From the NCBI RefSeq assembly GCF_009914755.1, contig NC_060927.1: a DNA stretch of 64,000 nt, one strand, 5' to 3'. A model generated the notes under the pieces. That model saw only the letters and a program-made list of their open reading frames with translations, did no database searches and was not told the DNA's origin. A program made the position numbers and the translations under genes. This DNA is from the human T2T-CHM13v2.0 reference genome, Homo sapiens. The stretch's first letter is position 1. The number at the start of each line of letters is the position of its first letter. Below, in pieces: positions 56,631 through 64,000 of this stretch.

Positions 56631-57811
56631 ATTTTCACTGTTGTGTAATAGGGTTAGTTTTGTTTTTAGCAGATTCTCCCAAGGAAGTGTGGTAATCACA
56701 TTTCTCAAACCATTACATTAACTGCTGTTAGCAATAAATTATTGCTTATGTGCTAAAAGTCAAAAAAAGCTTTTCCCCTTTGGAACTTCTTTACTATACT
56801 CCCTGATATGTTTTGCTGTCCTAGAAACTGGTGTTTGTGTGTGTGTGTTTGTGTGTGTATGTGTGTGTGTGCGTGTTCAATTGAGTCAAGAACAGAGGAG
56901 AGGAGACTCAGGCTGAAAATGTCAAGTTATTTTGAGTCAAATATTTGTACATTTACTTTGGAAGTTATCACTAAAAAACAAAAAGTGTGTGTCTCTTTGT
57001 GTCTGTATCTGTGTGAATCTGTGTGCACTCATTGGTATAAAAGGAGGAATACTCTTCTCAAAAGTACACACCAATGTTCTTGTCCAAAAGCCTACTTTCA
57101 TATATGTGAATGTGAATTCCTACATTCTGTGTGTTTGCTTCTCCTCACTATAGCCCATTTCTAACATATCCCAACTTAATTTCCTAAATCTGTCCTATCT
57201 ACATACCACAAAGTGCTTAACTGAGAAATTAACTTCTGTGTTACAGATAAATGGAAGTTAGATTAAAAGGATAATACATTTTCATTTTTAGTGTTCTTAA
57301 ATAATCCTTTTTATTGTAAATAAATATAACGTTAACTCCGATAAGTCCAGACTACTTCACTGAGTTCACCACCGAAATGTTTTCACAAAATCAGCATCGT
57401 TATACCTTGGCTTTTATAAGAAGTTAGTATACGAAACTTGTATAGGAAAATGTCTCTGTATTATCTATGAAACTGTTAATAAATATGTTTTCCATCATGT
57501 CCATGTCATCGTTTACATATACGAGATGATTTCCTCTTAGAATTCATTCTAAACTTCTTTAACAGAAATTATCTTTTTTTGATTCATATTCTCCCTTTTG
57601 TCCTGGTTACCAGACAGCACAAGTGACCATCATGTTTAGATTTCTGATACAGTTCTCTCTTCCATTCCTCTCTGTAGCCTCTGATTTTTTTTTCAGACTT
57701 CAGTTGGAAAAATCCTAATGAATGTAACTTTTAGTTACAGGTTGAATTCTTTTGAATGTGTATATTTAAAATAAGTAATGCACATAGTTAAAAAGAAACA
57801 TGTTTTTAAAA

Positions 57812-57982
57812 CAGTGGTTCTCAATTATAGCTAAATATTTAGAATTATCTGGATGGTTTTAAAACTCTGATACCCAGGCAGCATCCTAGATCACTCAAAT
57901 CAGAATATCTGGGTTTGGTCACGGACATCAGTATTTTTTTTTTAAAGCTGCCCAATGTCATTCCAATGTTAAGATTCATTGT
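57812..57982. mobile_element. MER5-type relic
   Basis: CAGTGGTTCTCAA...TTAGAATTATCTGG...AAATCAGAATATCTGGG...CATCAGTATTTTT...AAAGCT. Confidence 0.75.
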
Positions 57983-60871
57983 TTTAGATATTCTTTATTA
58001 TGATGTTCATCATTTTTACAGAAACACATTTCCAAAAGGATAAATTTCAAAATCACCTGTAAACCCATAATTTATTATAAGTCACTCTTAACACCTAAAA
58101 ATAGCTAACCTGCTAACCTTTTTCTTTTGCTTTTTCCTTCTTCTTTTAAACTAAAATTACAATAATATATGTGCATATATAGTGAATGTATTCATTTATA
58201 TATTAGACACAATTTACATATTTATGCTTATATATATATGGCATACATGTACACGTTACAATATGTGTATTTGTTTTATTCCAAATCTGTTTTATTCTCA
58301 GAGACATTTTCCCATATCTTCCCAGATATATTTTCTGAGAACCTGGTTTTTAATGCTTGTATAACATTAATACTTGTAGTTAGACCATTTTTTTTACTCA
58401 TTCTTCTATTCTTACATATTAATGTTGCAGACAACATCCTTAAACAACTTTTGTGTGACTAATCCAATTTTTTTCCTTGGGAATAAATTATGATCTATTG
58501 ATTTATTTCTATGTGGGCTGAATTTTGTCCATAAGAATGAAAATGGTAGCCCCCTAAGATGCTGTTTGCTCCCTGATATCTCATTTTTCTCTAGAATACG
58601 AAGGAATGGCTGTTTTCTGCTCTTCCTAAAGATTCAAGATGTAATAATATACTGTCACAGGTTTCAGAAGCATGGGACCTTGGCACCGAAAGGGTCTCTA
58701 CTAGCTAAGTTGTCTTGGAAATGAGTGGGTCCACTTCCTCTTCTGATACAGGAAGAACAGGGAGGTCATTAAATGATGACGGGGCTCTTTGAAGTGAAAT
58801 GAAGCAACATTGGAGGGTGTAGCATGTAAAAACTCTCTTCTCGGATACAAAAAAAATTGAGCTACTTGGGCTAGGAGAAGTGAGCCTGGATTTGGAGGCT
58901 TAAGGTTTCAGGAAGGTCTGAGACAAACTTAAGAAGAAATGCATCAAGAGGGTTGGAAGGGACAGGCGATTGATGAGAGCACTGAAATTCCAGTGTGATT
59001 TGGGTCACCCGTGTGACATGGCATATATTTATGGGATACCTGGAAAATAAGGGAGAAACAAGACATCTATCTCTGTCACACTTTGGGGAAGTATACGATT
59101 AAGTTCCACACTCTGTGGTGGAAAGAATGTCCTGGAGGCCCCCAGTCTTTCTCACTGTGATGCCATGCTCATTTGATAACCTCATAAACACATTTCTGTT
59201 CTTATTGCCTTACCCATTCTGATGCACTGATCATTTTTTAGGCCATGTGAACAGGGCAGAGCTTGTCATTATGCCTGGGACATAGTGGGCATTCAGTAGG
59301 TGTTTGTTGAATGGAAGAAGCAGGCACAATCACAGCTTTCCCTTCTGGTGATCTGCTTTATGATACAATTTCCAGGAATGCATTGTGTCTAAAATTGGGG
59401 ACCATATGTACAGGAAATTCTTTCTTATGTCAGTGTGAAATCCCTCCAAAGTAAATCCCCCTTTATGGTTTTTTATTGGTGTTTATTCTTTTTTAATACA
59501 GAAAACTGTAAACTTTTTATTAGGGCAGGTTTTTTTGTGCAAAAGCCTTGTCATGGGCTAGATGACATTTCTTTTCCTGTAGAGATACTTGGACATTTTA
59601 CAATTCAATTACTTCCTTCCAAAAGCCATATTTAGAATTCCAGCCAATCTGTGAGCCAGAAAGGAGTGAGCCAGTATAATAATCAAGGTAATGTGGCAAG
59701 AAGGTGTGAAATTTCTTAGCCTTTCTAGAAGAGATGGGTGAAAATAAATGTTTTCAGGGTCAGTAAATAACTTTCCCCTAGTAGCCAGACAGAAAGCATC
59801 TTACTTTGCTCAACCTGGACCTTTGTCATTTGAAGGATCTCCTCCTAATGCCATCTAAGCTTGAGAGGTTCATATGGCTGCAGCATGGTTTATCTTGCTG
59901 TTTAAACATTGTGTCCATTCAAGCTCCATTGTAGACCTTTCTTTTAAAGAGAGTTCACCCTGGGATATTAAATAAAATGGAATTTGGATGGAAAGTTGGC
60001 ATCCCAGTTCGGAACCAATTTTTATTGGGCACAGACTTGGGGGGAGCAGAAAAAAACAAACACAAAGTCTATGTTGTAAATGATAATAAAAAAAGAATAA
60101 GTAAAACAAATGAAAATGTTTCGTTTTACTAAGGCTTTTTTGCATTCCCATGACTTCAAAATACTTTTGCATTTTATGGCAATCTATAACTGCTTTAGTA
60201 TAGACAGACAAAGAACAAATAAAGTTACATAAATGCAGAGAATAACAGAAGAAATATGTAGAATGACAGTGGTCAGTTGGTAAAGATTCTATTGGAGGTT
60301 TTGGAGGTTTTTGCATAATTTGTATTAGTCCAAAAATATTATGAAATTAATAATAAATTTTAAAGTGTATACGTTTCTTAATGTCTTCAACTTGCCAATT
60401 CTGTTGTTAGTCATAAACTTTTATATTCCTCCCTATGTTTATCTTTCCCATCTCTCCGGCTTGCTTTTGTTATTACTGTTGCTGATTCTCAAAACCATTA
60501 GATCTTAAGTATATTCCACTACCAAAGTCATTAATTTTAAGGAGAAAATGGGAAGTTAGAAGCCATGATTTTACTTATAATAATCCATTTGTCTCATACT
60601 TTCATCTCAAAAATATGTATTTAAGTAGAAAGAGAGCCAGAAAAATAACCGAGAGAGTTATATTGTAATTCTGGCTCTACTGTATACTAGTAGTGTGATT
60701 TTAAGTTGGTAATTTATCCTCTGTAGCCTCAGCATTGTCTTCTGAAAAGTACGTTCACTCATTCGGGTGGCGTGAGATTTAAAAGAAATGACTCCTGGTA
60801 GAGTAGAATGAAGTAGAATGTAGAATGCGGTAGCAATAGAATGAAGACATGAGTATTGATGATGTAGCACT

Positions 60872-61078
60872 GGACTGTGCTATATGATAGTTACCAGCCA
60901 CATGTGGCTTCTTTAAATTTGAGCTAATTAGAATTAAATTAAGTTAAAAATTTAGCTCCTTAGTCATACGAGCCACATTTCAAATGCTCAAGAACCATTT
61001 ATGGCTAGTGGCTACAATATTGGACAGTGCAGAAGAACTATTCCATTATTGCAGATAATCCTGTTGAATAGCACAGAC
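60872..61078 (-). mobile_element. MER3 (hAT-Charlie MITE)
   Basis: AGCCACATGTGGCT, AGCCACATTTCAAATGCTCAA, GGCTAGTGGCTACAATATTGGACAGTGCAG. Confidence 0.88.
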
Positions 61079-61807
61079 CTAGAATGACAGCTCCGTGTAG
61101 GGCACTGGGAATTGCTGTTTGGGGATGGTATCACCTTGAGTTGGTCTGTGACCTGCTGGGAGTAATGCAGTTCTCAAAGAACTCTAACTCTCCTTTAACC
61201 GCGTGCAAAATTGTGAACCTGGGATGCGTGAGGGAGTGGTTATTTTGTGCTGAATGGTATGTCAGCTACATCACCACAGATGTGAGATCAGCAGACTTGC
61301 TTATTCTGAGTGCCGTCAGAATCGTTAAGTACCATATGTCCAGTGTCATCTTTGGCACATTTATCTGGCTTCATCTGAGTTCCGAAGTGAAATCTCACAG
61401 CCGCCTTCATAAATTTAGCCATCAAAGACCAAGGTGATGATGACATACCAAGCTTTAGAATCCTCAAGTAGGGTGGGATATTGGTGCTGGGAATGACGAA
61501 TGAAGGGACATCTGAGAATCATGCTGCTTTTATGGATTAGCAGAAATTCATCTTACGTGACCAAGAGCAGCTGCATAATGGCTAGAAAACATTTGCCCTT
61601 TCTGCTTATGTTTTGGTTATCCCAACACATTCTATGTGCAATGTCTGAGTTTGAAAGTTCTTTTTAAACTATAAAATCATTTCCCAAAGTTAGGACTGAT
61701 TATGAATATCATCAATGATTGTTTTTAAATGTCATTATGGTAAAGTCATAGAATAGTGACCATCTGTGCTGCCTTTGTCTTTGTATAGGTGCAGTAGTCC
61801 CAGCCTT

Positions 61808-61812
<5 letters not shown>

Positions 61813-61888
<76 letters not shown>
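61813..61888. repeat. Compound (CT)n(GT)n microsatellite
   Basis: About 13 CT units followed by about 25 GT units. Confidence 0.97.
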
Positions 61889-61890
<2 letters not shown>

Positions 61891-63149
61891 GATCACTGGA
61901 GTATGGTGGTGAAGAAAGCTGTCACAGCACAGAAGTTCAGAAGGAGGTACTGTGAAGGTCCCAAAGCATTGAGCTTAGCTAGTTCTGAAAGCACTAAGGT
62001 TAACTAGTCAACTCGAGAGTTGGGTGTATATACTGCTAAGGAAGGGTTCAACCCAGGGGGCTCTTGCTCTCCCAAGACAGGAAACATGTATCTGAAGTGT
62101 GAATCTATTGCTATTATCCTCAGTTTGGCAGGCGACAGGGTTCTGAGAGTGAGAGAGTAATGGAATGTGTATGTCTCTGCTCTTGAAGATACCAGGGGCA
62201 CCTCGAAAACTCCCCTCCCCAGCCCAGGGTCACCACAGCCTTAACCGACTGCCTCCTTTGCAAACCTTTACCATGGGTACCTAGAAAAAGACATACACAC
62301 ACACATTTCAGCTTATGGTTTTTGTTCGTTTGTTTTTGTTTTTTGTTTGTTTGTTTGTTTTGCCAGATACTTAAGATTTAAGGGCAATCTTAAGGGAAAT
62401 CTCTTCTCCCATCTTGACTGAGGCACAGAGATGTCCTGTTCCCATGCTGTTGATGCTGACAGACGTAGGACACGTTTTTTTCTCCGTGTGCCACCACACT
62501 CAAGCAGAATGTATAAGATATTTTCTGTCTACCAAGGATACCTGGTGACATAATCATACCTAGCCTTTCTTTCCTCCCTCCGCCCCCTCAGCCTCTCACC
62601 CTGCCCTCCCATGGGTCTTTATGTGTGCTACTCTATGTAGAGTACAACTCATACCGGATAGCCTGTTACTTATTTTGGTTCAGGAGCAGCTGCAGAGGAT
62701 GAACTGGAGAGGACAGTCTACTTGCAAACACTTGTAGACTCTCCAGTGGACAGGTTACCTCTAAAGAAAGAGAAGCCTACGCTTTCCTACTCACTGAAGT
62801 TTTTTACCATTTGCAAGTGGATCCAATATATGTTTGTTTTGGGTGAGGGGCTAACAAAATGCTCTGCGGTTTCTGCAGGTTTCCTTATAGGAGATCCTGT
62901 TATCCTCGTGTCGATTCTTGCCCCATTAGCTTTCAGCAGTAAATAGTTGAGGGTCTCATCTGGAAAGTTCTATTATTAGTACCACATGGTCAGTACATTT
63001 TAAGATAGACATTTTAATAGGCAGAAAACTGTATACAAGGAGAGATGTGCAATGCAGAATAACTATCAAATGATATCTAGATATCTTAGATTGCTACTCT
63101 AGGCCATCCATGGTCTTACCCCATGGGTTCCTCTAACTCCCTTCATCCT

Positions 63150-63572
63150 CCCTTAACATTAGCTGTAGGTTTTCTCATCACTGTCTTTGCTCACGTTATT
63201 TTCTCTGCCTTGAATTCCCTCCCTCAAGCTCCCCACACCAGCACCACCAGCATGTACCCTGTTCTTTAAGACTCAACTCAAATACCTCTGCCTCAAAAAC
63301 ATATTGCCCTAATTGTCCTGGCTGAAAGTGACAGTCATCTCTGGACCCCCCCCACTCTCATCTCTGCACCTCTCTATGTCATCCTTAATCACTTTCTGAC
63401 TTGTGTTCTTACATAGTTGAATATGCCTTATCTCTACTACTTGATATTAAACTTCATAATGATAATAAGATCCTATCTTATCTTCTCCTGTCTCTTCCCT
63501 GATCAGGCCTAGGGTAGTTCCTCCCACACTGTACTGTTAAGAGAATACATAATGAAAAAGTAAATGAATAAA
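63150..63572 (+). mobile_element. L2 3' fragment
   Basis: TCTTTGCTCACGTTATTTTCTCTGCCTTGAAT...TTCTTTAAGACTCAACTCAAAT...AAATGAATAAATG. Confidence 0.65.
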
Positions 63573-64000
63573 TGGCAGAAACCTTATGTGGAATGCTGGT
63601 GCAAACAGTTCCTTTGACTGGGGGCTTTTAAAAAGAGACTGATTGTATAGGAGATCTGAGCAATTTTCATATTAATGGAATGGATTATTAGAGCTGGCAT
63701 GAACATCAAAAGAATCTAGCCACAACCACCTCTCAGGTCATCTTCATTTTCAAATGGGGAATCTAAGATTTAGATAGGACCATTCCAGATCACATAGTGA
63801 GTGATTAATAGACCTAGGACTCATACCTCATCTGACATCCAACACCACATGTTCTTTTGAAATAAGGCTGGAATAATAGTGAGACACACATATTAGACAC
63901 ATGATTGTGAGAAGACAGTTTTCCACCCCACAGCACATGACCCCATACGTTTAAGTCCCTGCCTATACAAATAGTACAGACAAAGTAACAGCAACTTTAG

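Noticed and set aside
63072-63085. Perfect 14-bp palindrome GATATCTAGATATC (similar one at 53168-53179 region)
   Set aside because: Palindromes of this length are expected by chance in 64 kb of AT-rich DNA

Overview
Primate (most likely human) nuclear DNA: AT-rich, CpG-depleted, with no CpG island and no recognisable protein-coding exon, tRNA, rRNA, snRNA or CRISPR array. The ORF track is explained by Alu, L1 and simple-repeat reading frames or by chance ORFs. Much of the window is interspersed repeat: 15 dimeric Alus plus one FLAM monomer (most with visible target-site duplications, TSDs), L1 fragments of several ages (including a nested stack at about 39-47.7 kb), THE1 and MLT1 LTRs, Tigger1, MER44A, MER5 and MER3 DNA-transposon relics, and many MIR and L2 remnants. 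The first ~1.8 kb looks like the end of a long 3' UTR, but I cannot name the gene. I found no convincing novel multi-gene system. The most interesting items are: a near-perfect 22-bp-stem hairpin at 17418-17480 inside a repeat-poor 15.8-18.2 kb block; a 73-bp local duplication differing only by A/G transitions; an L1 that keeps its 5' end but lacks its 3' end and still has a TSD; a 5'-inverted L1 with an Alu at the inversion junction; three overlapping inverted-repeat scars; and two independent repeat expansions at the same L1 position. Repeat subfamily calls and the boundaries of old repeats come from remembered consensus sequences and are approximate.
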